Program-made: the position numbers and the translations under genes
Shown here: positions 48,101 to 60,253 of the stretch, one piece after another
How positions within the stretch are numbered: position 1 is the first letter of the stretch
How the letters are laid out: every line of letters begins with the position of its first letter
The notes under the pieces: generated by a model
Seen by the model: the letters and a program-made list of their open reading frames with translations, nothing else
The model's database searches: none
What the model was told of the DNA's origin: nothing
Assembly: GCA_036172245.1 (NCBI GenBank)
Contig: JAYWIR010000013.1
Location: forward strand, 1 to 64,000
Direction of reading: 5' to 3'
Source: Raillietiella orientalis
Taxonomy: Eukaryota
DNA: 64,000 nt

Positions 48101-51100
48101 TTTGCTTTTCCAGCCGTTCCATAGCTTTCCCATTCGTCTGAATGGGAAACTTACCAGTTTCTGGTATCCCTTCCACACATACTTCTAGGAGATTTATTCG
48201 CGAAGGAAAACTCCACGTTTATGAGCATTCCGACAATGAGAAAAGGGAGACAGCATAGGGATCGTATCGGGACTCACAGGAAGCAGACGCGCGTTTCACT
48301 CCGACAACTTCCTTTGTGCAGTTCACGTGTCCCCTACCGTCCCTGGTGCCCACCTCGGCAGTAAGCATCCAGACGTGCGTTTTCCCGATGATTCCCTCCT
48401 TACCGAATGTCCCAGCAGCCGGCGCAGCAGCAAGCGATCCCTGGGGCACCGTCTCTGGCAGCATCGTTCCCAATCTAGGAACCTCCGCTGGAGTCGGAAA
48501 GACCGCCGCTTCGCCGATCCGAATCTTCGCTCTTTCCAGCGTGCGGACTCCTCGCACGATCCCGCTCCCATGCTGCGCTCGCAAAGAATGCCAGAAGGCA
48601 GGTCAGGAAGAACAGGCGGTGCCACTGCCGCGACGCTTCGTCGACGCTTCCCTTTCTGTCCGCTTGACCAACGGGCTCACGCGCTCCCTGCGTGCACGGT
48701 GACCGTTCTTCCCGCGAACCAACGGAGCTTCTTCCTTCCGCTGCTCGGCAATTCGCAGACGTCCGAGACTTTAGGTCTTTGTCTCCAGTTCGTAAACTGC
48801 CCACGCCCGCAGCATCCCGAAAGATCGCTTCCATCTCTTCGTGCCCGAACGCGTTCCAACGTGCGTGGGGCAGCTGCGAGCCTGGACGGACGGGGTCCTC
48901 GCCCTTCTCTGCAATCTTCCATCGGTCCTCTGTCTCCTCTCCGGGGATGCTGGGTTTCCCAGCACGGCTCTCCTTCAGCCCCCATTCCGATCACGGGTGG
49001 GTGCGAAGTCCTCCCTACTGACGAGAAATGCCGAACATCGCCTTCTTCGCGTCTTCCCTGCTGTCTCCCGCGGAGATGGTCCCTCTCCTGCTTGGAGCAG
49101 GGAGCGGTTGCGAATCCGCCTGGAGCGGGAGGCTGGCTCTGGGACATTCCAGGAAGCCCAGGCAGCGCGTTTCAGAATCGCTCGCGTCCCTTTTGCATGC
49201 AAATGGGGGCGTGGGAACATGTGGCCGACGTGTCCGTGAAGGGTGCTCCATCCTCATGGTTTCCGCACGGAACAAACGCGTAGGATGCCTTTCGTTTCGC
49301 AGCGGGGTTGTTGTCACGGAGACGGTTCGAAGGAACGCGCGAGAAAGCGTCCGCGTGAGGCGACGGAGCCGCCTCCCGGTCGCGCAAGCACTTCCTCCAA
49401 CATCCAGAAAACGGGTACTCACTGTGACCGAATCCTGAGAAAGAAAACCCGACATCGCTCCTGAGCCATACTGAATAAAAAACGGGTAGCCAATTTTTTG
49501 GTAGGTCAATGACTCGTCGCCATGGAATCGCTTGATGTAGGCTGAAAGCATGAAGAACTTTGTTGAAGGATGTTGTACATCTGATGTCTGTTACCACAAG
49601 ATTCTTGAAATAGGAAGCAGTATTTTCCTCGCAACCACAGGTCGGAAGAGCCAGTGTCCAGCAGCATATGGAATGTCTGCGGTGGTGTTCCCACCTGAAT
49701 TATCCCGGTGTAAGCGAACTGAATTGAGAGAAGAAAAAAAAAGAAACAATTAGTTGGTGGGAAGTTCCAGCTGCTTTGCATTTATTTAATGAGCAACAAC
49801 ATCCACGCCTTGGGAATCCTCACTGCTTCCTGCATTGCAGTGGGCCTCAAAGCCAACTCTGCAGTAAACTGTGAGGTGTCTTTTAATTTCGCTCACACCA
49901 AATCTCGAGATGAAACTAGTCTCACTCTATGCTAGCAAAGAAGGTCAATTTTAAATTTTGAACCAACTCAGAGTTTGTCCCAGTCTTCTTTGTTAGCCCA
50001 CAACCACCACAACAAAAGTTTAAAGTGTCTGATTGGCCGTCCAATTTCAGCAACGGTATGTTTCTCTTACGTTTTGGTTATTATGAAGCACGATGCTCCC
50101 TGCGAAGCTGGTGGAGCTCCTCTCCTGATGCGTGACTGACATTTCGATCCCTCTGTGGGAGTACCTGCTCCTCTGCAGCAGCGCCATCCTGTTCAAGTGC
50201 TCCAGCGTCTGCACGCCCTTTTTGGCTCTCGTCAGCGGGATGCTAACGCTGGGGGTGGACAACAGGCAGAGTGTGACGCCCTGTTCCCGTAGCGCGTGGG
50301 TGTCGGAAACGGAGAGGACCACGCACCCCGCGTCTGTCGCTCGCCATCTCCACATCGCGCATGCCCGGGGCGCCGGAAAGGGGGTCGACCGGGGGGTGGG
50401 CGGCGACGAAATGGTGGAGTAGTTCTCGCACCACCTTCCAGCACAGCTCCCAGCCCACCGCTCTGCCGAGCTGCGAGTCGGACAGCGCCCCTCCGGATGC
50501 GCGTGAGCCGGTGTGGTGCGGTTTGGCGCTCACGTGGTTCCGGACCAAACGCGGCGCGCTCCCTTCCACGACCACGCCGCCGAGACTCCGGTGCACAGAA
50601 AGCTACACCGTCTTCACGGGACTCGCCGCGTCCCGACGTCCGCGGAGGGACACCTCGCGCGTCCGTCGTCGGAAACGCGTCGCTTGCTTGCTCGTCGTCG
50701 GGACAACGGGATCGCGGAGCACCCGGTGCAGAGGCCGACAGCGGATGGCAGGAATTTCTGCACGGCCGGCGGCAAGCGGAAAAAGTGGCGGAGAAGGAGT
50801 CCGTCTTCCCGGTACGCAAAGGAGCGCCTTTGCGTACCGGGAAGAGAGACGTTTCGGCGACCGACGCGACCTTCCTGCATCCGCAAAGCGTAGGATGCTT
50901 CGGAAGTGCCGAGGGAGCGCCCGGATTCCGGCCGGAAGTGCTGTCTCCGTCAAGCGTCGGTGGTTGCCGGGGAAGCACAGCAGCGTCCGTCGCGGGCGCT
51001 CGGGTATTTCGAGCGTCAGGAATCGCGCGCCGGCCGCGCGGTAGGAAGGAGGAGGGGGGCACGAAGGTTTACCTGACTCCAGCATGACGACCGTGTGCCC

Positions 51101-51173
51101 GGGCCCAAGCTGCTGTGTTCATGAGAGCTACGCCCAAGACGAGGACGACGCCGAGTAGGTGCGAGGCAGCCAT
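45170..51173 (-). CDS. Pepsin-family (A1A) cathepsin D/E-like aspartic protease precursor, 415 aa. Exons: 51173-51073, 50248-50071, 49718-49595, 49541-49423, 47432-47236, 45863-45741, 45671-45521, 45471-45379, 45331-45170
   Basis: All 8 introns are GT-AG with compatible phases, giving 1248 nt with no internal stop. Signal peptide MAASHLLGVVLVLGVAL; propeptide SIPLTR; GTPPQTF.MLLDTGSSDLW; flap QYGSG; GLLGMAF; GGELTLGG; AIVDTGTS; WILGDV; RVGFA. Confidence 0.93.
45975..46792 (-). mobile_element. Most complete copy (about 0.8 kb) of the tRNA-headed SINE-like repeat, in intron 5 of the aspartic protease gene
   Basis: Head GGATGGCCTTCGTTAA...CGCGGGTTCGAATCCCA (A/B-box spacing like long-variable-arm tRNA-Leu/Ser), second box GGTTTCGAGTTCC, then body and tail collinear with the other copies. 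Confidence 0.8.
47520..48200 (-). mobile_element. LINE post-RT/C-terminal fragment in intron 4 of the aspartic protease gene
   Basis: KYVWKGYQKLVS...GKLWNGW and a downstream ECSLC. Confidence 0.35.
50804..50845. repeat. Perfect 19-bp inverted repeat with 4-nt loop in intron 1 of the aspartic protease gene
   Basis: TCTTCCCGGTACGCAAAGG-AGCG-CCTTTGCGTACCGGGAAGA. Confidence 0.92.
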
Positions 51174-51959
51174 GCCCTGAAATGCAACAGAGGTTGGGGT
51201 TTGAGTCCTCCCGCGAGCATCCCGCATCCGGGAAGACGTGTCCTCTTTTCCGAGCACGGCATCGTTCACGAGGAATTTTTCCGCTCCCTGCCGCCCCCGT
51301 GCTTTGATGTCCGGCTGCCTGCGGTCGAATCTCCATGGGCTGCTTGCGACACCCTCACGCCCTTTAGCAAGGAGCAGGCGATGCACTTTTCATGCTACTG
51401 TACACGGTTTTTGGAGACTCGGAAACGCCAGGATTCTCTCACGACTGAGATGCACATGTGTTCACTTGCGCTGTCTTCGGGGAGGATCCCGAGTTTGCTC
51501 ATGCGGACGCCACCGCGAGTCGTGGCGCTCGCGCTCGACGCGCTCTTTCGCTGTTTTCATCATTCGATTCTTGAAATCCAGGGATACGTCGTGCCTGAGT
51601 AGAAACAAAACAAAAAAATGAGGTACCTTGAACGGAGTTTCTCCAGGATGAAATGGCAACTGAAGCGTCTTCGCTACCACTGCAAAGTCCTGAGTTCGTC
51701 TTGTCTCCCGATTTCTTTCCTTCTGTCAGGTGTAATGCGAAACATCTGAGATGAATTATTGAGATGTCAAGCTGGGTTTTGATGTTATTCCTACAAAATG
51801 CGTCACTCTGCGAAATAGACAGGGAAAAAAAAATGAAATAAAATAAAAAAGAAGAAGAATGTGATCTTCTCAGCAGATTGAAGGAGTTTCTGTTTTGCAC
51901 ATCGTCCATTCTCACGCCTACGTGTTATTCGTGAGGCTCGCCATTTTCTCTCCGGCAGC

Positions 51960-52750
51960 AAGGATATGACGGCGAGGTGCTGACGTCATGTTTCGGTGGA
52001 AAGGCTCCTTGCAAGCGACTAGAGGGCTCTCCCATCTGTCCACATCTATCGAAAGGGAAACGGCGAAAACGGTGGGCTCTCTCTTGAGGCAACCGGACGT
52101 GGACTCTTTGTCGCGGATGCGCTACCCATCCACTTCCACCTGTGTTCCGCGATTAGAGTGTACGCAGCTTCGCTGTTGGATGGATCAGATCAGGTTTGTT
52201 CTTTGCAAAGAAACCGCATCGCGCTTTCTGGTGCCGTAAATCCTCTCTTGAGGGGGATGGCGTGGTTCCGAAATGTGGATGGAGGCTGCCTTGAGCATCG
52301 TCGATGCATCTCGTGAGGCCTTTCGAAATGGACTAGCGCATGTGCGCAGGGCTGCTGCTGACTGATGTTTCCGAACGCACCCTTGCTACTGTCGATCTCA
52401 TCCAAGTGTGCACTCGTTCGCGGCTCCAAGGAACACTTGGGGAGTGTTTCGGCGTTGTGGGAACACCGAACACATGCAGGGGAAACACACATCCCAAGAT
52501 GCGTTTCTCCTCGTAACGAGCTCCCTTCCCGCCAAAGTGAAGTGTCCGCCATTTGCCCACGAAGTCAAGTTCCTTGCGATGGTCCGACCGAACCCCGTGG
52601 CCCCTGGCGTGCATTTGCACGCCTTCCACATGTTGATGCCCTATGATCGGCCCCTCCTTGCCGTCACCATCGTATCGGCACTCGTCTCAAGTGTGCGAAG
52701 AGCTCCCTCACAGATGATTCCTCCCATCTCTGTCACACTCCGGTGATCGG
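51960..52750 (+). mobile_element. Possible LINE post-RT fragment
   Basis: FRWKGSLQATRGLSHL (F.W.G motif); weak. Confidence 0.25.
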
Positions 52751-53034
52751 AGAGCATGTGTTTTCGGTAATCGCAGTCGAGCCTCCGGATCCGAGTCGTC
52801 ATTGGCAGCGGGCATGAGCAGTTTCGGGAGACCCGTGCCCTGGCTCTTTAGATTTTTCGCATCGCAACAGCTTACGCGTTCAAAAACCCGCGCTCCCATC
52901 TACACGGGTTATCGCGATAGGGCATTTGAGAGTTGCGCGCTGCATTCCGTGTTTCAAATGCACACGTTAGCGAAGTGACGTTGCGTTTGCTGGGTCTCCT
53001 TGGTTTCGGGAAATTGGCGGCATCTGTCTGCACG

Positions 53035-53100
53035 ATGCGGCGGGTCCCGTATAACGCGAGGGGTGCGTTGCGCGTTATCCGAACCCGCGTTATACGAGCG
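53035..53100. mobile_element. Possible pogo/Tigger-like DNA transposon terminus
   Basis: 11-bp inverted repeat CGTATAACGCG (53048-53058) / CGCGTTATACG (53086-53096) around GGGGTGCGTT, resembling Tigger-type subterminal palindromes; no partner end found. Confidence 0.35.
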
Positions 53101-53449
53101 CTACAGATGACACTTACGGAAAATGCAACACGTGTCTTAAGCGCAATGGCAGTAGAACATTTCACTTTAAGGCAAAAAGGGGAAAGGTTGAAAGCGTTCG
53201 CTTGTTATCTCACTTCGCGCAGAGGAAAGTTTTCCGATTCTTGTTGATGTTTTACCAATTCAAGCAATTCCATAGCTCTATCGTTGTCGTTGCATATCTC
53301 GAACCACTCCATCCACGAGAATTCTGGAAAAAATTGAATGCAACCTACTTTAATCGTGCGTCCAACTGAAATTCATCCGCCACCGTGTGGGGGGCTGATT
53401 AATCGCGCGCCATGTGAGGACCGCCGCCATTTTTCCGTCGCACCTTAAC

Positions 53450-54150
53450 AGGGCGAATCTCCAATGCGCGAATCTCGCGTGGGGAATGTCGAAGTAGCAC
53501 GTGATCGGAGGCAACTTCTGCTTGCAGGTGGGCTTGTCCACCGAATCTGTAGCACCGGGCCGCCGCAGGTGGGCTTTTCCCGCGTCGGTGAATCCGGTGC
53601 CCTGGCAACGAGAGGCGGCCTACCTGCAGTAAGGGCACCCTGACGAAGAGCACCGCCCCTTCGATCCTTCTCGATGGAGTCTCAGGTTCGGCCCTGGCTC
53701 AGAGTTTTCGCTTTGGTTGCCCGTCATCTGCTCCACTCTGTCCCTCGACGGAGCAGGGCGTGTGCTCCGCGTCGTCGTCGTCACGGTGCCAGTGCATGGT
53801 CCGGTGATCTGAAGGGTGGCTGGGAGGTCTCCGAATCAAACGCTCCCATTTGAGACTTCGCACAGCACAGCCATTCCGTGCTTCTGCTCTGTGGGTGGCA
53901 GCTGGGTTTCCTCCTTCGAACTGCAGGTTGCCACATGACTGAGGTGAAGGCAAGAGATCCGACCAACCGCGCCACCGGGCACATGATGAAGTCCCGCTTG
54001 CTTACCCTGCGGACGAGAATTCTCACCGGCTGCAGTAACTTGTCCGCGGCTGAATTGCAGTGAGGAGGGAGGGAGAAAGGGAGGGCATGTTTGAGCAGAA
54101 ACCTTCACGGTCCTTTTCCTGCTCAAGACCACAGAGCCATCAACAATTTC
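53450..54150 (-). mobile_element. Decayed RT fragment of a non-LTR element
   Basis: GAFDS (about 53840) followed by LRQGAL (about 53640), in the RT motif order. Confidence 0.3.
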
Positions 54151-57100
54151 CCTTGCATTTGTCGGAGGCGAGCGGATGGCCGGGTGACACAGCTCATCTG
54201 GTGTCTAATGGCGGATCTCGAATGGAATGACCGACCATCTTTCACTAGTTGGCCCTTTCACAATTTCAAGTAGCGCTGTGAGTTTGCAACCGTACAGAGC
54301 ACTCGATTCAAAGACTACTTTAGCAATCCTGATGACTATGTAGAGTGGAGAATGGTCATAAAAGTGGATAGTATGCCACACGAGGACACAGAGAAAGAAA
54401 GCATCCTTCATAAATACCGCATCCGAGTTTCCCCAAATGCAAAGATTACTTAAGGTTAATTAATTATTTCCACGGAGAGCTGGATTAGTCCCAGGACATC
54501 TGGATACCAGAAGAAACAAAAAGAAGTCCTATGAGAAGACAAGTCTGAAGCGAGAAAGAAGAAAAATAAAACTCATCGTTCTTTTCATCCCTCACATCTT
54601 TACAAGAAAAACCCCTTTGGCACCAGCCATGACCTGCAGCTTTCTATTCGAAAAGAGGCACCACTGATGAAGGTGCCAAATGCGAATATGCTCTTCACGA
54701 AGAGCAAACCAAGAGAGAGTAAGTAAGACAAGGAGCATTATTACCGCTCGTGAAGGAACCGTAAAAGGGAACAAGACGCCCGCGGGTGCCTCAGATGCCC
54801 CTTTCCGATGCGAATCTAAGGCAGCACCGAAGCAACCAGAATTTTCCAATCGTCACGGACGGACAGCATCATCTCGCTCGCAGATTCTTCGAGCAGACAT
54901 TGCTGTCATCAAAATGGTGCTCGAGTCTCGTAAGCTCCGGAGAATCTTCGCCGTCATCACCTGCAGCTCGAAGGAGAACCGAAACGAGCAGAGCGCTGGC
55001 TCGCCGGAGGGAAGGACGCTCCGAAGCGACCGTCCGCTGCAGAGAACCTTACGCTCCTCAGTCGAGCACAGGCATCTCCTTGAACCGTCCAATCCTCAGC
55101 AGTTCCGCGGACCTTTGCGTCCCAAACAGAGCAGTCAGAGGCACGAAGCAGCCTTTCGGTGCGTCGCCACCGCTTTCGCCAATGGGGACTGCGGCACAGG
55201 AAAAGTCGCGGGGCGATAGGACAGGCCACCGGAGAGGGTCATCTAAGCAGGTGGCGCTTTTGACTTCGGTTGGCGTTCCTCCAGTCATAGCGGCAACAGG
55301 AAAGAGAACAAAATCAAAACTACAGCGAAAGAGAGCAGCCGTGAAGAGGGCACTCGAAGAGTAGACGGATTTCTGGAAATGGAACTCAGCACCGACGTGG
55401 CTCCTTTGTTTTCTCCGTCCTCTTCGGTTCTGCCACGGAAATCCACCCTCCACTACACAAGGAAGGTTTATCTCTCTCGTGCCCTCTTTTCCCTTGCGGC
55501 TTCTTCCCGGATGTCGACACCCGAAAGGGCGCGCGCGCAAAGTTGCAGGCCACGCTCCGCGCATTGCATCAGCGTGCAGCGGGGGTTTGCAACACGTCAA
55601 GGAGCAGAGACCGCAAGTCGGAAGTGCGCATGCGCTCCCCGTGGAACAAACGACGCAGTTGTCATACCGATGCCAGGAAGACTCGTTCGGTGAAGGCAGG
55701 CAGCAATGGGAAACAAGCCTCACGCTCAACATGACATCCGTGTCGTAACAGAGACGCGAGGTGCTTTCAGAGACAACTCGTCGATGCTGCAGATACCGCT
55801 TGTCTTCCAGTTCATATTCTTGCTTTTTGGAAAAAAAAGAAAAAAAAGAAAAGGTTTGGGCCAGACCTCCGAATTGGCGGCACTTCGGGTCCTCTCTTCA
55901 GCTGCCGTTGGGTTTTATATTTTGGTCCACCTCTCTTTCTACATCGCGCTCTGCACGCATGACCGCGCAACGATACCCGCGATCTTCCGTGGCCAAGCTT
56001 CATGCACCCATTGCTAGATGGCGAGCGGCATCTCTACCATTCTCTCCCCAATGCAACGCTTTGGTGCTTTCAGACTTTTCCGTGCGCTCATGAGCGCCAA
56101 TTCGCTAGCGAGCTGTTGATTTTTTTCCTGGATCCGATCCGGAAGTGGTTCCCAGGAAGGCAGCCTTCCTCTGTCCTAGGATTCACGCGCTTTGCGAAAG
56201 CCGCCTTCTTCCGCACTGAGAGCCGGACGACCTCTTCGCCTACACCTGGCTGTGCTGCTCGTTCCGAAGGACTGCGTGCAGGACGTCTCTGTCCAAGTGC
56301 GAGCCCGGCACGGTCCTTCTCCCAAGCATTCAGAGCGGTTGCGATGAATCAGCCACTGGTTCCTCGTGTTCATTATGGGCGCTGATTGCGACCTTCGCTG
56401 GAAGCAACTGCTGCTGCACATTGCCGAGTATGCGGAGGCGAAAAGTTTGGAGAGAGTCGCAATTTTGCCATCCATGCCAACAGCGTCGTCAAGCTCTGAC
56501 TGCTGCGACACGGAAGCCGCCGACCGTTCGGCTGCGGATCCGCAGGGGTTCGACTCGGATGCGAGGAGCACGCGAACGACCGACGTCCGAAACTGCCGCG
56601 GTCTTGCAGGGGACTCGTGACGCGAGCTCGTCCTTGCCTCGAATAGGTGCCGTGACGCTGCTAGGGAAAAGTTTGCGCTCTTCGTGAGGCTGCAAGGCAG
56701 AGCTTCCGTCCTTTTCTGCGCTTGTTGCCACGAGCAACGCGCTCGTCCCAGGAGGCTCAGAGGGAACGAGAAACGAGGTTCCGATGTCTGCAGCCCCACC
56801 GAAGAGAAGACGACGAGAGCTTCCTTGCCTCCCGGAAGCTTCCCTCCATTGCGAAGAGAGCGGTGGTCAAGGTTTGGCGATCGCCGAGCTGGAATCCCAA
56901 AGGCCCTGGGTCGAACGGCGCGTCTCAGCCCAAACGGTGTGGAATGGCGCCTACCCTCCGGTGGCCTCGGACCGCTCATCGTAGCGGTGGATCCACAAGG
57001 ATGGTGCTGCAGCCCTCGTAGCATCCGTTGCATCGTCTTCTCTTTCCCGAAGGAAGCGTCCAACCGTCACTCGTGGCCAGGGGAGGAGGAGCGTCTGAAT

Positions 57101-58274
57101 GCCTGGACGGAATGGCTGCACTTACACGGAAGCGAGGCGACCCCACTCGTCGTGGGGGTTGCCGGATCCCGCTGCGGTCGCCTGTTCTCGGAGCGTCGTC
57201 ATCGGCGTCACGCATAAGCACGCATGGCGCCTACGCTTGCTTATGCGTGGATCCATGAGCGACGCATCCATGCGCGGCTTAGTGGCTCCCCGTCCGCTCC
57301 TTCAACGCAGGCGAGGGAGGGCGCTCCGTCCGCTGCTTCCGCATCTGCAATGCGAGTGCTCGAGTTCCTTTCGCCCGAAGCACAACTTGACCGGATTTGC
57401 AAGTCGAAGAGCGACTCCGGTCTTACTGCTAAGAGGACGCGGAAGGAGGCTCCTCCGCTGTCCGCGAGCTCCGATGGCGAAACTTGTCGCTGTCCTCGGG
57501 TCGCCCTGCTTCCCGTCTGTTGAGCAGCCCCGGTCAAGGAGACGCGGGTTCTCGAGAGGAGCGGAGCCTGCTGCAAGGGAAGCAGGGCGCGACCTCAGGC
57601 AGCGGCTAGCATGGAGACCGGTCATGGGCATGGCTCCGTTCTTCAGAGCTGGTGAAGGTGGGAGGTGGCGACCTTGCCGCTCGCGAGCGCTGGAGTCCAC
57701 CTGCATCATCCTGCCGACAGTCAGCGTGCTTCTCGGTTTGAGCCGCGCTCCCTCCCGGTCGGGCGATGGGGAAGGAGGGAATCGAGGAGACGACGGGTCG
57801 CTCCATTAGGACCCTCGGGAATACGCAGGCTCCGTTCTCCCGTGGGCAGGCTGCTGACCATTGTGTCACTTCAGCCTGCATCCGCGCCTGCCGAGTGTGC
57901 AGTGGGCTGCCACTCCTGGATGCAGCGGGGAAGCGGCGTGCGTTCGGCTTGGGCGGGCGGTGGCGGCCTTCCTGACTGGGGGATTCGGAGAGGATCGGGC
58001 GAGCCGCGCTCCCAGGGAGCTCCTCCCGCGATCGTGGCGACCGCGACAGGGAGGGAGCGAGTGGAGGAGGACGTAATACATCGTCGCGACAGGTCGTTAG
58101 CGGGTCAAATGCGAATATGTGCTTCATGAAGCCGCGCTCTCCCTGCGGGCGCCAGAAAGAGGCGCCTTGCTCCCGCTTGGGTGCGAACAGGGAGAACGAA
58201 TCTCCCAACCCGTTCCCGTTCGGGAAGCGTCTCTGCGGGCGGAACACTGCCGCCCTCGGTCTGCAAGTTCGAAG

Positions 58275-59322
58275 CCGGTAACGCCGGGTCCTTTATTTAT
58301 GCAATAAACACACAAGCATCCTTGCAGTTAGTGAGTGATTGTGCGGGAGGGAACGCCTCCTCATCATTGTTCTCGGTGGACAGGGTAGGGAATGGGTAGT
58401 GGGGATACTTCTGCGGGCTGCTAGCCTGTGGGACCAGAGGGACGGTGGGCAGCCCGTGGAAGAGGGGGGGGGGGAATCGGGGGGTATTGACTAGACCGGC
58501 TCTTCTTCGGTTGAGATTCTGCAAGATTTCTGCCGGATTGGTCCGCGTGGTGGTTGGAAGCAGGGAACGCCTCGTCGCTTGACGATGCAGTGGGATAGCA
58601 GAGCACCACGCGGATATTTTCCGCTTGTGCAGTTCCAGGCTTGTTCTAGCGCGTACCAGGGGCCACAGCACTGCTGAACACACTTCACTGCTGCGTCGGG
58701 AAGCCCGCTACGCATAAAAAAGCGCCGCAAGGTGCCTCTGGCTTCGTCACTTGGCAGGTTAATTGCTCCCTACAGGCGTCTCCATCGGAGTCGCTTTCCT
58801 TGGCAATCTAACAGCCCACGCTCCATGCTTTCCTTCTGGCCACAGAAGCGGCAACTCGGGGAAACCCTTCCTCCAGTTTCGCGCGACAATCCGGCGTTCG
58901 AGTGGAGACCCTAGTGTAGGGACAGGAGGGTGATGTGCCTCGTCAATACGGACAAAGAGGTGTCCGCACATCGCTGAGGGACTTGAAAGTTTTCTGAGGG
59001 GATGCCTAGGAGGTCAGCCCAGCGGCTTAGTCCTTCCGCCATCTGTGTGGATTCCGCGAACGTTGCTAATTGACTAGCCCTTAGTGCCCTTAGCAGGGGC
59101 ACATGCCGTTCATGGATCCAGCAGAGCGTATGCCGTGCCGCCTTCTGTTAGCTGTCCGTTGACTACGCCAGAAGGAGACTAGGGAGGAGTTCCCCCAGCG
59201 GCGTGCTCTTTCCGCGGCCACCATGAGCTCCCCGAGCGGCATTTTTTCCATGAACGCTGGATGACGAGGTAGGGTGTTCTGATCCCCTTGGATACTTCAC
59301 CCACTGTACCCCGTCATTGTAA
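58275..59322 (-). mobile_element. 3' half of the L1/Tx1-like LINE split by the NUMT
   Basis: CRFCGQKESMERGLLDC zinc finger (about 58800-58853), C-rich UTR, and AATAAA(58297-58292)-GGACCCGGCGTTACCGG terminal hairpin. Confidence 0.72.
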
Positions 59323-59515
59323 ATTTTTCATTTACATTTATGGGTTGAGGAGATGGATGCTATAATGTTTATTAAGACATCAGTTAATGTATGGTAGCAT
59401 GCGTAGGTGGTAATTGATGAGCGGTGGATGGGGTTGCTAGTAAGGAGAGTATTAGTTATCGTTGTAGGGATATTTATGGTGTATGTCGCTATGCATCATT
59501 TGAGATTTTCATAGA
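59323..59515 (+). pseudogene. Possible 3' end of mitochondrial nad5 (opposite strand to cox3)
   Basis: GT-rich frame with a hydrophobic end (WMGLLVSSVLVIVVGMFMVY) and two in-frame stops. Position fits the arthropod layout; no diagnostic motif. Confidence 0.3.
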
Positions 59516-59620
59516 TGACTTTGTGCAAAGTTAAAGTTAGGTATCTCGGAATCCTAATGGAATGAAATTTGTAATTTTGTGCTGAGTTATATCTCTGGGA
59601 ATGCTGTGGTTTAGCAGAGA

Positions 59621-59670
59621 AAGACGAATTTAAGGTTAGGTCGAAACCAACTGTGTTGCCACTTTTGTCT
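59621..59670 (-). tRNA. trnR: mt tRNA-Arg(UCG), T-armless (NUMT copy)
   Basis: Acceptor AGACAAA/TTCGTCT; D-arm GTG/CAC; anticodon stem GTTGG/CTAAC; loop TTTCGAC. Confidence 0.75.
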
Positions 59671-59671
59671 A

Positions 59672-59955
59672 AGGGTATTCATGAGATGGAGCCGGTATGA
59701 AGTTCATATTTCAATCCTGAGATCAAAAAATGAATTAATGACGTCGGTGGAATAGTTGCGGAAAGTGTAAGGGATAGTGGGAGGAGGGGTAGCGGGAGAA
59801 GATTGGCTGATTCAGTATCGAAAATTAAGATGATTGTAGCTACGAAGAATTGGACAGAGAACGTGAAGCGCGCATTGTTTTTTGGATCAAATCCGCATTC
59901 GAAGGGAGTTCAGGTATTGTAATTCAATTGGGATGTAGTTTTTTTAATGATTATT

Positions 59956-59986
<31 letters not shown>

Positions 59987-60020
59987 AGTGATAAGAAAAA
60001 GAGATGGTAAAAGTACTATT
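59672..60020 (-). pseudogene. nad3: mt NADH dehydrogenase subunit 3 pseudogene
   Basis: [21 protein letters not shown] and GLKYE..GSISW motifs; frameshift at a (TC)n run at 59956-59980. Confidence 0.88.
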
Positions 60021-60030
60021 CCTTAATAGA

Positions 60031-60084
60031 AGGGACAAAATGGTACGCCACTGTTGAGGGATCAGAAGTCCCTGATGTTGTCTC
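60031..60084 (-). tRNA. trnS1: mt tRNA-Ser1(UCU), D-armless (NUMT copy)
   Basis: Acceptor GAGACAA/TTGTCCC; anticodon stem AGGGA/TCCCT; loop CTTCTGA; T-arm AGTGG/CCATT. Confidence 0.75.
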
Positions 60085-60130
60085 ATTGTGTGGAGTGCAG
60101 CTCTAAGATATTGTTTGGAATTATTAATAA

Positions 60131-60180
60131 AATTAGAAATTTTTGTTTGCAAAACAAATGTTATTATTTTGAGTATAATT
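60131..60180 (-). tRNA. trnA: mt tRNA-Ala(UGC), T-armless (alternative reading: Cys on +)
   Basis: Acceptor AATTATA/TCTAATT; stem TTTGT/ACAAA; loop TTTGCAA; D-arm poorly paired. Confidence 0.45.
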
Positions 60181-60184
60181 TTAA

Positions 60185-60243
60185 TTGTCTTTTGAGTTTA
60201 TGTAGAGCGAAGCGTTGAAAGTGCTTAGGAAATAATGGACGGT
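60185..60243 (+). tRNA. trnF: mt tRNA-Phe(GAA), T-armless, opposite strand (NUMT copy)
   Basis: Anticodon stem AAGCG/TGCTT; loop TTGAAAG; D-arm GTTT/GAGC; wobble-rich acceptor. Confidence 0.65.
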
Positions 60244-60253
60244 TGATAGAGAG

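Noticed and set aside
59515..59620. Further mitochondrial tRNAs between trnR and the putative nad5 end
   Set aside because: Hairpins exist (TTAGG/CCTAA, CTCTG/CAGAG), but no consistent 7-nt anticodon loop and acceptor could be drawn.
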